Shown here: one piece after another, positions 24,128-37,360 of the stretch
How the letters are laid out: each line of letters starts with the position of its first letter
Position numbering within the stretch: position 1 is the stretch's first letter
Assembly: GCF_006345805.1 (NCBI RefSeq)
Contig: NC_043000.1
Coordinates: forward strand, 65,348,001 to 65,412,000
Length of the DNA stretch: 64,000 nt
Direction of reading: 5' to 3'
Source: Octopus sinensis
Taxonomy: Eukaryota
The notes under the pieces: model-generated
The model's input: the letters and a program-made list of their open reading frames with translations, nothing else
Database searches by the model: none
Told to the model about the DNA's origin: nothing
Position numbers and translations under genes: made by a program

Positions 24128-24237
24128 GTGCGATATTTTACTATTACTTTTATAAACGAACTGCTCTGAAACTTGGTGATCCAATATTTTATCAAGAATC
24201 TCAATGGCTCAGGGACGAATTTCTGAAACATAAATAA
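24128..24237 (+). CDS. TMEM138: Transmembrane protein 138, last coding exon
   Basis: [35 protein letters not shown]. The four exons sum to 486 nt, or 161 aa plus stop. Confidence 0.95.
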
Positions 24238-27200
24238 ACATTCTATTTGTGATGTTGGCTCAGTCAGAAGAAATGTTTAGAATTTTATATGAAACATATT
24301 GGTAATTTTTTTCTTTCATTTATATGAAAAAAAAATTAAAGCTCTTAAAATGTATTTCTATTTTTTTTTATTTATTCAACAAAATAAATTACAATTAATT
24401 CCTGAAATTAGAAATCAACCCCCATTTAAACATGGCTTTCAAAATCTTGTTGATAAACAGAACAAGGTTATCAAAAGCAAAGGAGAGTATTTTAACGAGT
24501 AGATACATCTATGATCACCACTATTTTTTCCTCTATTTAGACAATTAGACTTTGTTGCAACCTGATACATGTTTAGAAATATGACACTTGTCAATATTGA
24601 ACTGATTAAAATATTGTGAAAATAGAAACAAAGAATCAAGTTAAAAGTCCAGGACTTAAACCCTTTAGCATTTAAACTGGCCATATCCAGCCAAACAGGC
24701 CAGATGTGGTTTCTCACACCAACCCTACTATATCATTCCAAAAACTTAAAGTTACGTCCTCAAAATCTCATAGCTACAAGATAACGCATGATTAATTCAA
24801 AACAATATGAATTATTAGGCATTACTTTTAATAGAATCATCATCATCATCATTGTTTAATGTCCACCTTCCATGCTGGCATGGGTTGGATGGTTTGACAG
24901 GAGTTGGCCTGGAAGAAGACTACACCAAGCTGCAGTCTCTGTTTTGGCATGGTTTTTATGGCTGGATGCCCTTCCTAATACCAACCACCCAGCAGAGTGA
25001 ATGCTAAAGGAGTGATTAATATGATAACACATATATAAGATTTTCTAGTTTACTATTATTTCCATATTGCTTCTCTCAATTCTGGACTTAATCAATCCAG
25101 TATATATTTTGATAAATGAACTAATGAAAAATTAAAATGTCGGTCAAATTTAAGTTAGAGATTTGGGTTTCAAACTTATCTTATATATAATTTCATTCAC
25201 ATCTAGGATGCTTTATTGGAATATTAAATTAACCTCAGTATTTGGATTGTATTTTCTTTTATCAAACTCAGAAGAATGAAAGGCAAAGTTGACCCTGGCA
25301 AGACTTGAAATATGTAACGAACTGTAACTATGTATTACTAGCATTCTGCCCAATGCTCTAACATCTGCTAATCCACTACTTTTTTGGACTCAAAATTGTT
25401 ATCAGAAACCATCAATTTTGACATGCTTCACACAGTATACAACTGGTTCATCTGATATAATTATATCAGTTGTCATATGGTACTCAAAGAAGAATCCCAT
25501 CTTGGTAATACAAACAAATGAAAATTACAAAAATGTCTCAGGTTTATGAGCTACATTCCATCCTGACTCATATCACTTGTTTATGGTTCTTTGTACTTGA
25601 TACTGGACTATTTGAGAGTTAAGTATTTTGAGTACTTATGAGACTAAATTTGAACCATGATAATTCTAACTTATGACATGGCATAACTTTCTATTGTTAG
25701 TATTCTAATCACCTCTTACTTTATGAGTCAGTATGTTTCTTTTATTGAGGGGGCATCATCATTCTCAATACTAGTATTATCAGTCAGGCCTCGAGAATGT
25801 TGTTTAGCCCACATTCAAAACTGTACCATCTTTTTTTTGTAAATCTAAAGTTTAAGCTAGTTTGTCCAATATCTCCTTCATTTTGTTAAGATTTGATGAC
25901 AACTTAGTCACTAGTTCTAGCAAGTCAAATAACTACATAGAGGCTTCCTAATTGATCCTATGTTAATTGAGATCCTATTATTTCCAGAAATACAACTTTA
26001 CTTTGACCCTCATGTTCAGAATCTAAAATTAGGAAATCTAGTTGTTGTTCTGCAGAACTTTTAAATCAGAATTTCATTCCCATTGATATTTGTTATTATT
26101 CTTTACCCAAGACATTTGACACTCTGATCAAACCTGAAACCATTTAGTCAGAAAGTGAACTTCTTAAACCACACAGTCATTTATGACATTTCATGAAATG
26201 TTTCTGTCCTTTAGTCAGATGAGTTGTCACAACTATTGTGGTTTTTATTATAGTTATGTTCATGCTTTCTATTTCTACAGTCAAATCCCCAACGGATTTG
26301 CCTTTTGTCATTCTTTAAGAGATCAAAAACAAGGATCAGTAATATTGCAGGACAATGGGATAAGTGGATATAAACAATGATTAAGTGTCAAACTTAGTGG
26401 TTTATCTAGTGGGTGGTATTTCAGTTCTTTAGTCAATCAAGCTTTATATACTCTAGCTGAAGCTTAACAAATAAACAGCATCACCGATAGGGAATGGGAA
26501 TGGTTCCTGGCACAAACATAGCTGTGTGGTTGAGAAGTTAGCTTCCTAACCATGTAGTTTGCAGGTTCAGTCCCACTTGCACAGCATCTTGGGCTACTGT
26601 CTTCTACTACAGCCCTGGTCTGACCAAAGCCTAGACAGAAATTAAGAAGCTCATTGTGTGTGTATGCATATTCTTTTTTTTTTTTTACTTGTTTCAGTCA
26701 TTTGACTGCATCCATACTAAGGCACTGCCTTGAAGGGTTTTAGTCGAAGAAATCAACCTCAGGACTTATTCTTTGTAAGCCTAGTACTTATTCTATCGGT
26801 CTTTTTTGCCGAACCGCTAAGTTATGGGGGTGAAAACAAACTAACACTGGTTGTCAAGCAGTGATGGTGGGACAAACACAGATACAAAGACAGACACACA
26901 TATATACGATGGGCTTCTTTCAGTTTCTGTCTACCAAATCCACTCTGAAGGCTTTTGTCAGCCTGAGGCTATAGTAGAAGACACTTGTCCAAGATGCTAC
27001 ACAGTAAACCAGGAACCATGTGTTCGGGAAACCAAATTCTTACCACACAGCCATGCCTGTACCTAAATATAGTATGTGTGTGTAAGTGGTCATGTTTCCT
27101 TCTCTTCATGTTACCTGATAGTAAATGTAATTGGGCATCTCCAGCATACAGACGGTGGTGTTCACTGCCAACTTTCAATGAAAACATGCCTGGCTATGGA

Positions 27201-27353
27201 AAATATTATCTTGTTTGGAAGCAAATAAGGTTACTGGACGGGAAGAACATCAGGCTGTAGAAAATCTGCCTCAACAAATTCTGTGTGACCCATGCAGCCA
27301 TGAAAAAGTGGATTTTAAAACAATGATGGGAATGACAGGTAGTAGAATGAGTA

Positions 27354-27865
27354 GCGTAAATCCTCGAGTATAATCCGCATTTTTTTCCCAAAATTTAAAA
27401 GTCAAAATCCCTGGTGCGTATTATACACGAGGTTAAAAATGAAAATTATTTTCTAAGCAATGTCTGAGTCTCTATTTGCTGTCCGGCAATGTTTATTCAG
27501 ATGCATTTTGTGATGTCGGGCATGAAAATATCTTAAGCTAAACCTGAAAGCAATAAAGTCATAAAAGAATCATCTATAACTCGTAGTAAGCAACATTTAT
27601 TAAACATTATTACTGTTATTTCTTTATTTTCTGCAAACAAAATGCACAAAAAAGCTACACGTTTGCATTATGTTATATATACAATAATAATAAAGTACGT
27701 TACCGTATACATTTTTACAAACCAAGGACATTATATAGACCTCCTTGACTCAAGTTAGAGAAGTGATGTGTATTATACACAAGGTCTAGGTTTTTCAGAG
27801 GTACAGCCCCCTAAAAATCCCCTGCGTATTATATGCAAGGGCAGACTATACTCGAGGATTTATGG
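27354..27865. mobile_element. Tc1/mariner-pogo-type MITE with TIRs and TA flanks
   Basis: TA-GCGTAAATCCTCGAGTATA ... TATACTCGAGGATTTATGG-TA, with internal GCGTATTATAC-like subterminal repeats. Confidence 0.8.
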
Positions 27866-30262
27866 TAATAAGGAGAATATCTTTCACATGGACAACAAAA
27901 TGAAAGCAATACCACAGTTGTTTTAGTAAAGAGTTCATTTCCAAATCCTAAGTATATTACTAAATGTGAGTTACATGGTGACCCCACCACTGCTAGTGCC
28001 ATATAAAAAGCATCCAGTCCACACTAAAGTGACTGGCATTTGGAAAGGCATCCAGCCATAAAATAGACCTTACTAGTGGTGGTGCTACATGAAAAGCACT
28101 CTGTCCACTCTGTAAGATGGTTGGTCTTAGGAAGGGCATCCGGCCATAAAAACCATGCCAAAACAGACAGTGAAGCCTAGTGCAGTTTTCTACCTCATCA
28201 GCTCCTGTCAAGCCATTCAACCCATGCCAGCATGGAAGGTGGATATTAATTGATAATGATGATGACAACCACCAGAAGAAGACCAGAATGGCTGAAACAT
28301 TGTGACTGTAACAAAGAAGATGAAAGCACCCATCTAAATTTATCAGTATACAATTATCTTACATATTTTTTCTGTAGAATGAAAGTTATTGTTATATTCT
28401 TTTGAATGTATTTTTAAATTATGAATGTGAAATCATCAGTGATTGTCAGGCATAGTAGTATTTGTTGAAGCTTTGAGGGCTTTAGTAATGTGTTGGGAAA
28501 AGTATAGACAGGTGTGGCTGTGTGTTTAAGAAGTTCATTGTGTGACCATGCTATTTCAAGTTTAGTCTTACTACATAGTATATTAGGCAAGTGTCTTTTA
28601 CTGTAACCTTAGGCTGAACGATTTTTGTGATAGTTGATAGAAACTGTGCAGAAGCCTATCCTGTGTAAATGTGTGTATTAACTCAAAGACTGAAATTTAT
28701 GGTATTATCTTTAATTCTGTAGTTACAATTGTTTTAATACAACATGGGAAATTCATTTCATGAACATAAATATTGGTTTAAAATTTTGGCACAAGGCCAG
28801 CAATTTCGTGGGATGGAGTAAGTTAATTACATCAACCCCAGCACTCAACTGGTACTTATTTTATCAACCCCTAAAGGATGAAAGACAAAGTTGGCTTTGA
28901 CAGAATTTGAACTCAGAATGTAAAAGCGGACGAACTGCTGGTAAGCATTTTGCCCAACATGCTAACGATTCTACCATATCACCACCTTAATAAGAATAAA
29001 TATTAATAGTAATACAATGAATACAATGGATTCATGATATTATAATATATATACATAATTTGTTTTGAGTACTCATGTGCTTGTCTTAAGACTAAGTCTC
29101 AAAAATAATACACTCAACACTTAGGATATCACTATATTTATTCATCAGGAAGAGTTGAAAGAGGAAGATTTACAGAAACAGATAAATGTAGATAGATAAA
29201 TAGAGAGGCAGATAGTGAGACGGGGCAAGAATAAAACTAAGGTTGGTAACATGCATATTCATACTCATATTTACACCCACACTCACACATATTCACATAC
29301 ATTTCTTCAAAATTTTATTTAATTTTAACATATTTCTTCAAATACATACACTTTTAGTGTATTGACAAAGAATAAATTTTGTTATATATCTATATATATA
29401 TATATTATAGATATATATCTATGGTATGGATGCTGGCACCACGTAAAAAGCACTGGTGCCATGTAAAAAGTACTGGTGCCACATAAAAAGTGCTGGTGCC
29501 ATGTAAAAAGCACTGGTTATGGGGCCACAAAAAAAGCACCTGGTACACTCTGGTGTGATTGGTGTTAGGAAGAGCATCCAGCTGTAGAAACCCATCCAAA
29601 ACAGACTATGAAACCTGGTGCAGCCCCTGGCCTTACCAGTTCCTGTCAAGCTGTCCAGTCCATACCAACATGGAAAATAGATGTTAAATGTAGATGATGA
29701 TGATGAATTCAGTATATTCATTTAGTTTTCTTCCTATTTCATTTCTGCTAATATAAGGACAGGTTTTAAATTATAATATATATATACACACATAGGTATG
29801 TACATGCTATGTTTATTTACTATGTATGTGTGTCAGGAGAGAGAGATTGAGCAAGTGCTTATGTCTCATAACATAATGGTGTGACAGAGACTACTAAGAT
29901 AAGCACTGGATTTAAATAAAAAAATAAATACTGGAATAAATTAAAACCTTTCAATGCCCCTACATAGCTGCCGTCCAATGACTGAAATGAATAAAAGAGA
30001 GGATATAATTTTTAATGTTGCTGTTTATATTATTTGTTTCAGTCATTTGACTGTGGCCATGCCGGAGCATCACCTTAAAGAGTTTTTAGTCTCAGAAATT
30101 GATCCCAGGACTTATTCTTTATAAGCCTAGTACTCATTCTATCAGTTTCTTTTGCTGAACCACTAAGTTACAGGGATGTAAACAGACAGCATCAGTTGTC
30201 AAGCAATGGTTAGGGGACAAACACAGACACAAAGACACACAAATACATACATATATATATAT

Positions 30263-31860
30263 ATCATCATCATCATCATTGTTTAAAGTCTGCTTTCCAT
30301 GCTGGTATGGGTTGAATAGTTTGACTGAGGATTGTCAAGTGAGGAAGCTGCACCAAGCTCCAATATGATCTGGCAAGGTTTCTACAGCTAGATGCCCTTC
30401 CTAATGCCAACCACTCTGAGAGTGTAGTAGGTGCCTTTTTATGTGCCACTGGCATTGACCATGCTCGAATGGTGCTTTTTACGTGCCACCAGCACAGGAG
30501 CCAGTCAGGCAGCACTGGCAGCAACCATGTTCGAATGGTGCTTTCTATGTGCCACAGGCACTGGCATCAGACACACTCAAACGGTGCTTTTTATGTGTCA
30601 CCAGAGCAGATGTCAATCAGGCGGTACTAGCATCGACCATGACTACGATTTCACTTGACTCAACAGGTCTTCTCAAGCACAGCATATTGCCTGATGATTG
30701 AAGGGTACTTTTAAACAGGTCAGTTATGCGACACTGGCATCGGTCACAGTCTCACTTGGTTTGCCGGATCTTCTCAAGTTCAGCATGTCTCCAAAGGTCT
30801 CAATCGCTTGTCATTGCCTCTGTGCGGCCCAATGTTCGAAGGTCGTGCTTCATTACCTTATCCCATGTCTTCCTGGGTCTACCTCTTCCACAGGTTCCCT
30901 CCACTGTTGGGGCGTGACACTTCTTCACAAAGCTATCCTCATCCATATGCAACACCTGACCATACCAGCACAGTCATCTCTCTTGCACACCACATCTGAT
31001 GTCCAACTTTTCTTTCAGGGCACTTACACTCTGTTGTGTATGTACACTGACATTACACATCCAGCAGAACATACTAGCTTCATTTCTTTCAAGCCTATGC
31101 ATGTCCTCAGCAGTCACAGCCCATGTTTCACTACCGTGTAGCATGGCTGTTCGAACACATGCATCATACAGTCTACCTTTCACTCTGAGTGAGAGGACTT
31201 TTGTTACCAGCAGAGGTAGGAGATCTCTGAACTTTACTCAGGCTATTCTTATTCTTGCAGCTACACTCTCAGAGCATCCACCCCTACTACTAACTTAGTC
31301 AACTAGGTAATGGAAGCTATCAACTACTTCTAGTTTTTCCAGCTGGCATGTGATGCAATCTGTTTTCTGTACATCTTTGGTGTTTATTGCCCCTGTCCAA
31401 CTGCCACACACAAAAACTATCTTCCCAGTTAACCTTCCGTTGATATTGCTGCACCTCTTATGTGTCCATAGCTTACACCGGGTACATCTTATGGAGTTTC
31501 TACCTACACCTTTCCTACAGATCAAGCAGGGCAATCTACCTGAAGGGATTTGTGATTTGTCTGCCTTCCTACTTACTAAGACTTTGGCTTTTGCTAGATT
31601 GATTCTAAGGCCCTTCGATTCTAGACCTTGCTTCCACACCTGAAACTTCTTCTCTAGTTCTGGTAGTTCTGGTATAGCTATTTGAACAATGTCATCAGCA
31701 TAGGGGAGCTCCCAGGAGCAGCCCATCTTGAATTCCTCTGTTATTACCTGGAGGACTATGATGAATAAGAGGCAGCTGAGGACTGATCTTTGGTGAACTC
31801 CTACCTGTGCCCAGAATTCTTCACTGTACTCATTGCCAATCCTCACCTTACTGATGGCTC
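30263..31860 (-). mobile_element. Older 5'-truncated RTE LINE (RT to 3' tail)
   Basis: ORFs 31295-31939 (WELPYADD, PHD-like Cys cluster) and 30974-31183 are homologous to the 3.5-4.5 kb copy; (CAT)n tail at 30263. Confidence 0.92.
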
Positions 31861-31861
31861 C

Positions 31862-31912
<51 letters not shown>

Positions 31913-32076
31913 CGACAGGCTTCTTTCAGTTTCCATCAACCAAATCCACCCACAAAGCTTTGATCAGCCCAAGGCTACAGTAGAGGACACTTGCCGTGCA
32001 GTGAGATTGAACTCAGAACTATGTGCCTATATATATAATCAATTCACTAGATGTCTTGGTCACCTGCCATTGACTC

Positions 32077-32240
32077 TTATCATTATTCTATATAACAATA
32101 TGTTGCTTAGTGTTATTCTGTATAAGAATATGCTCTTTATCATTATTCTGTATAAGAAAATGCCATTTATCATTATTCTCGATAAGAATATACCGTTTAT
32201 CATTATTTTACATATATGTAAGAATAGACTATTTATTGTT
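32077..32240. repeat. 30-bp tandem repeat, about 5 copies
   Basis: TTATCATTATTCTGTATAAGAATATG-like unit. Confidence 0.85.
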
Positions 32241-32512
32241 ACTGTTGGTTTCATTTATTTCAGGAAGATTTTAAGATAAAATATCATGGTTGAGAAGAAA
32301 TATCATGAAATATCTAACAGGACAGTTGATCATAGGTATATTGAATATCCCAATGTAAATTTGTAAATTAAAGTCTATCAGGTCTGAAGTTTTACATTTC
32401 AGACATAAAAAGTGGTTGGAGGTTAAAAATATAAATATTAATATAGTGAGATTTTTATAAATAATATATTCTCTTAAACATTTGTTGTTTACACTTCTGC
32501 ATGCAAACACAT

Positions 32513-32549
<37 letters not shown>

Positions 32550-33744
32550 AAAAATAACAAATGAAGCTGAGAGTTTATTTCATGACTTGTGTTTCATGTT
32601 ACTGCAGTCTTACCTTTAGGTGAAACTAAGTGTGAAACTCAAGTCACAAGACAAACTCTAAGCTTCGGTTTCTTTAAAAAATACGAAACTACACTCACAC
32701 ACACACAGAACTATCATTGTCTTATATAAAAAGTATTAAAATTCTCTTTTAATAGTTGATTGATGAGTATTCATTGTGAGATCAACTATCAGTTCTGTGT
32801 TTATCAGTTAACTTGGTTTAAAATAAATTCACTGGTAAATGTTATTTCCCATTCAAATTGTTTCCTGTTTTGTTTTATGTAGTAGGCCATATTTTCATAA
32901 AATTTCATTGCACAGTATCTCCAGATGATAAAAAAAAATATTTGCAAGCACTTACAACATTTTTATAATATGAGAACAGCAAAAAAAAAAAAAAGTTGTG
33001 AAAGTTGCAGAAGCTAGTTATGAATATTTTAAGGCACATTTGTTAATGCTTTGGCATTAGACCAAACAGTGACAGAATGTAGACACAACATTTAATTAAG
33101 CATTGTAAAATGATCAAGTAAAAGTAACTGGATGAGATCTTTAGAAACAATAGAATAATCAGATTAGTTACTTTTAATGAAATCACTACAGAAAACAGGC
33201 ACCAACTGTATTTCTGAAACACTACATAATATGGAAGTCTTCAGGGAGAATAGATTTCATGTTACATAGTTGCATATTTTGATAAGATTTTTCAGGGACG
33301 CAATGATTCTGCAACATGGGAGATATTGTAGTAAAGATTGTTTGCCAACATAACATGGCAATCCCGGTTTAGGACTAATGTTGCTGTAATTTAGCCCCAG
33401 GAGACATCGTCTCCAGCTGGTTATACAACACGATCTGTGTCCTTATATTTTCAAACAAGGGAATCTTTACTACAAAGTACTGTTGCTGAATATGTCATGT
33501 TGTGAGATTTGAAAATGGTAATTTTCTAATGGGAGATATTGTTTGTATTATGCTTTTGTGTTTGCATTGATAACTTTTTTTTAGGGAAATCAAGATTCAG
33601 AGAATTTGCTTTGTGTCATATGAAACATGTTTATGAATATACTACTCTTGGTAATTAAAGAATTGTCTTTGTAAATGTCTGGATTAAAAATAATGACTAG
33701 TAATGATAATTTTCATGGTAAAATATTTCTCTCTGGCTTATCTT

Positions 33745-33845
33745 TTACCATATACCTTTCTTCGGTGGAACTAATAAATCTTGAGATTTTCGTGACTGAA
33801 AAATTCCCAAAGTTTGAGGATACGGAAGTGTCAGGTTATCCACAC
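33745..33845 (-). CDS. Adhesion GPCR, probable last coding exon
   Basis: In phase with the previous exon: SVDNLTLPYPQTLGIFQSRKSQDLLVPPKKGIW*. Acceptor atttttag. An alternative donor at 33755 is possible. Confidence 0.55.
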
Positions 33846-34272
33846 CTAAAAATAAATATAAACAAATACATAAAATATAAATATATTCATATATATAATC
33901 ATTTAACATCCACTTTTCCATGCTTGCATGGATTGAATGAGGTGTATTTTGAGGCAGATTTTCTGTGGCTGGATGCCCTCTCTGTCACCAACCCTCACCT
34001 CTTTCCAAACAAGGTAATATTTCCCTATGGCCAGACATGTTCTTGCAGAATATGGGAAATGTAAGGCACTACATGTATGACAGTGACAATAATTTACAAC
34101 TAACATGCAATATCAAGCCAAGGAGACACTGACACACACACATTCATGTGTGTGTATGTGTGTATATATATATATATTATATATATATATATATACATGC
34201 ACACACACACACACACATATATATATACATATATGTGTGTGTGATATATATACACACATACACACACACACA

Positions 34273-35637
34273 CATCATCATCATCGTTTAACGGCCGCTT
34301 TCCATGCAAACATGGGTTGGACGATTTTGACTGAGGGCTGGCGAGCCAGATGGCTGCACCAGGCTCCAATCTTGATCTGGCAGAGTTTCTACAGCTGGAT
34401 GCCCTTCCTAATGCCAACCACTCCGAGAGTGTAGTGGGTGCTTTTTATGTGCCACTGGCACAGGGGCCAGTCAGGCGGCACTGGCAATGACCTCGCTTGA
34501 ATCTTTTTACACGTGCCACCGGCACAGGTGCCAGTGAAGCGACGTTGGTAACGATCACGCTCAAATGGTGCCCTTTTACATGCCACAGGTACAGAAACCA
34601 GTTGGCTGCTCTGGCAACGATCACGCTTGGATGGTGCTCTTGGCACCCTACTAGCACAGGCATAAGTGCCAGTAAGGCAACGCTGGTAACGATCATACTC
34701 GAATAGTAGCTCTGTCAATGATCACACTCGTATAGTGCTCTTTGCACCCTGCTAGCACGAATGCCAGTCATTGAATTGATTTTGATTTTGCTTGCCTCAA
34801 CAGGTCTTCGCAAGCAGAGTTTAGTGACCAAAGAAGGAAAGGTATGCATAAGCGGGCTGGTTACGCTCCTGGTACAGGCCACAGGTTATGGTCTCATTTG
34901 GCTTGCTGGGTCTTCTCGAGCACAGCATATTTCCAAAAGTCTCAGTCGCTAGTCATTTCCTTGGTGAGGCCTAATGTTCGAAGGTCTTGCTTCACCACTT
35001 CATCCCAGGTCTTCTTGGGTCTACCTCTTCCACAGGTTCACTCAACTGCTAGGGTGTGGCACTTTTTCACGCAGCTATCCTCATCCATTCTTGTCACATG
35101 ACCATACCGGCGCAGTTGTCTCTCTTGCACACCACATCTAATGCTTCTTAGGTCCAACTTTTCTCTCAAGGTACTTACACTCTGTTGAGTATGCACACTG
35201 ACATTACACATCCATCGGATCATACTGGCTTCATTCCTTGCGAGCTTATGCATGTCCTCAGCAGTCACAGCCCATGTTTCACTGCCGTGTAGCATGGCTG
35301 TTCATACACATGCATCATACAGTCTACTTTTTACTCTGAGCGAGAGGCCCTTTGTCACCAGCAGAGGTAAGAGCTCTCTGAACTTTGCCCAAGCTATTCT
35401 TATTCTAGCAGCTACACTTTCAGTGCACCCTCCTTCGCTACTGACTTGGTCACCTAGATAACGGAAGCTATCAACTACTTCTAGTTTTTCTCCCTGGAAT
35501 GTGGTGGAAGTTGATCTCTGCACATTTTCAGTGTTTATTGCTCCAGAGCATCTGCCACATACAAAAACTATCTTCCCAGTTAGCCTTCCTTTGATATTAC
35601 TGCACCTCTTATGTGTCCATAGCTTACACTGGGTACA
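34273..35637 (-). mobile_element. 5'-truncated RTE LINE
   Basis: ORFs 35302-35733 and 35038-35295 match the RTE C-terminus; degenerate minisatellite 3' UTR; TA microsatellite flanks. Confidence 0.92.
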
Positions 35638-36062
35638 TATATATATATATATATATATAGCGCGGAAAACGGACGTTAAACGATGATGATGATGATATAT
35701 ATATATACACACTTCAGCAATGTACCTATACACGTGCTGTTGGTGATTTCTTTGCCTTCTTTGGACTTTTCCTTTCTCCTTTCCAACGAAGAGCTATACT
35801 CAAAGCATCAAGAACTCTCTCTTTTTACTGAGCCTTAAACTAATACATTCTTTGTGCACATCCTCATTTGTTATTGTTGATCTTATTGTTCATTTATTTC
35901 ATTTGACTATATATCTTATATAGTCAAGTAATAGTTGATCTCATGTAAAAGCTGACCCCCACCCCCTATTTTTAGCCAAAATATTGGGAATTTTCCATAA
36001 ACCCCATATAACAGTCAACCATAGTATTTCATGAACAACAAGTCAACATATGTGCGTCAAGG

Positions 36063-36629
36063 TACCATATTCCCCTGTATGTAGAAATAACAGTTACAAA
36101 ATTGTGACTACCTTACTGTAGCCTACTCTATAGGTGGAATGCTTGGTGCTTATAATGAAATGCTCGGTGCTTATAGTAAAACACCACACATCTGTTGATA
36201 AGTGCTACATCACCATTACTAAAATGTATGCACAGGATATGCTGCAAGCCTGCATACAGGTTCAAGCACAATAAATATATGTGTCATACACTTGTTGTTT
36301 GCATGGCAAGAAACATGTTTCACAAACAACTCTATTGGCGAACACTGGCAAACACTACTGTCTGAATTCATACAAAGGCATGACTTTGGTAAGCCTAAAA
36401 ACATTCAATCAATTCTAAATCAGTGGTTCCCATGCGACCTTTATATTCTCCTCATTTCCAAATACAATAAACACATGCATCATATGCTCATTCATTTACA
36501 TGGTAAACTTCAGCGAACAACAGCAAACACCACTGTATGAATTTGTACAGAGACATGACTTCGGTAAGCCTAAATTTGACCTAAAAAAATTGTCTAAAAA
36601 ATTTTACTTTTACACGGGTATATACGGTA
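36063..36629. mobile_element. Decayed pogo/mariner-like MITE
   Basis: TACCATATTCCCCTGTATG... and ...TTTACACGGGTATATACGGTA imperfect TIRs; internal repeat CATGACTT(T/C)GGTAAGCCTAAA. Confidence 0.45.
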
Positions 36630-37317
36630 TGTATATATTAGATATTAGATAATAAAACGTATGGATGCTCCTGAACCAGTTGTTAAGTATCCCACCAGTA
36701 CGAGACTGATGCTAGATGGGTCGAAACAATTGTAGTGATTAATAAATATTCTCGTATTTTCCACCTTCCATCTCTCTCATTAACCAAATACACACACACA
36801 CAATGAGCTTCTTTCAGTTTCCAACTGCTAAATCTACTCACAAGGTTTTGGTCAGCTCTGAGCTATAGTAGAAGATGGATGCCCAAGATGCCACACAGTG
36901 GGACTACATTCCATGTGCCTACCACTTAATCCCCGGACCAATCAAAACCTTTGACAAATGGAAACTAAAAAAAGGGTGAGTGTGTGTGTATGTATGCTTG
37001 TGTTTCCATTGTCTTGACATTAAGTGATAGATGTAAATGAGTGTCACTGTCAGACAAGCAGAGTCATTCATTCCCAATATTCTGCAAAGACATGTCAGGG
37101 TATGGAGAAACATTATCTTTTTAATGAAACAGGAAGGGCATCTGACCATAGTAAATCTGCCTCAAATGAACTCCATCCAATCCATGTAAGCATGGAAAAT
37201 GGACATTAAATGATGATGATGATGTTGACAGCATTAAAGATATTAAACTGATTTAACATATTTTTCTCAATTAGATTTAATTTCATGAGCAATGAAAACA
37301 GAAAAAATAATACTTAC

Positions 37318-37360
37318 TTCGATTAATGGTCAAAGTTGGAGTTTGTGTCTTATCAAATGC
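37318..37360 (-). CDS. Adhesion GPCR exon (C-terminal tail)
   Basis: AFDKTQTPTLTINR; acceptor tatttcag and donor a|gtaagt; phase 0 to 1. Confidence 0.7.

Noticed and set aside
32264-32370. Plus-strand exon after the acceptor-like ttcattttatttcag
   Set aside because: All three frames stop quickly and no partner exons were found.
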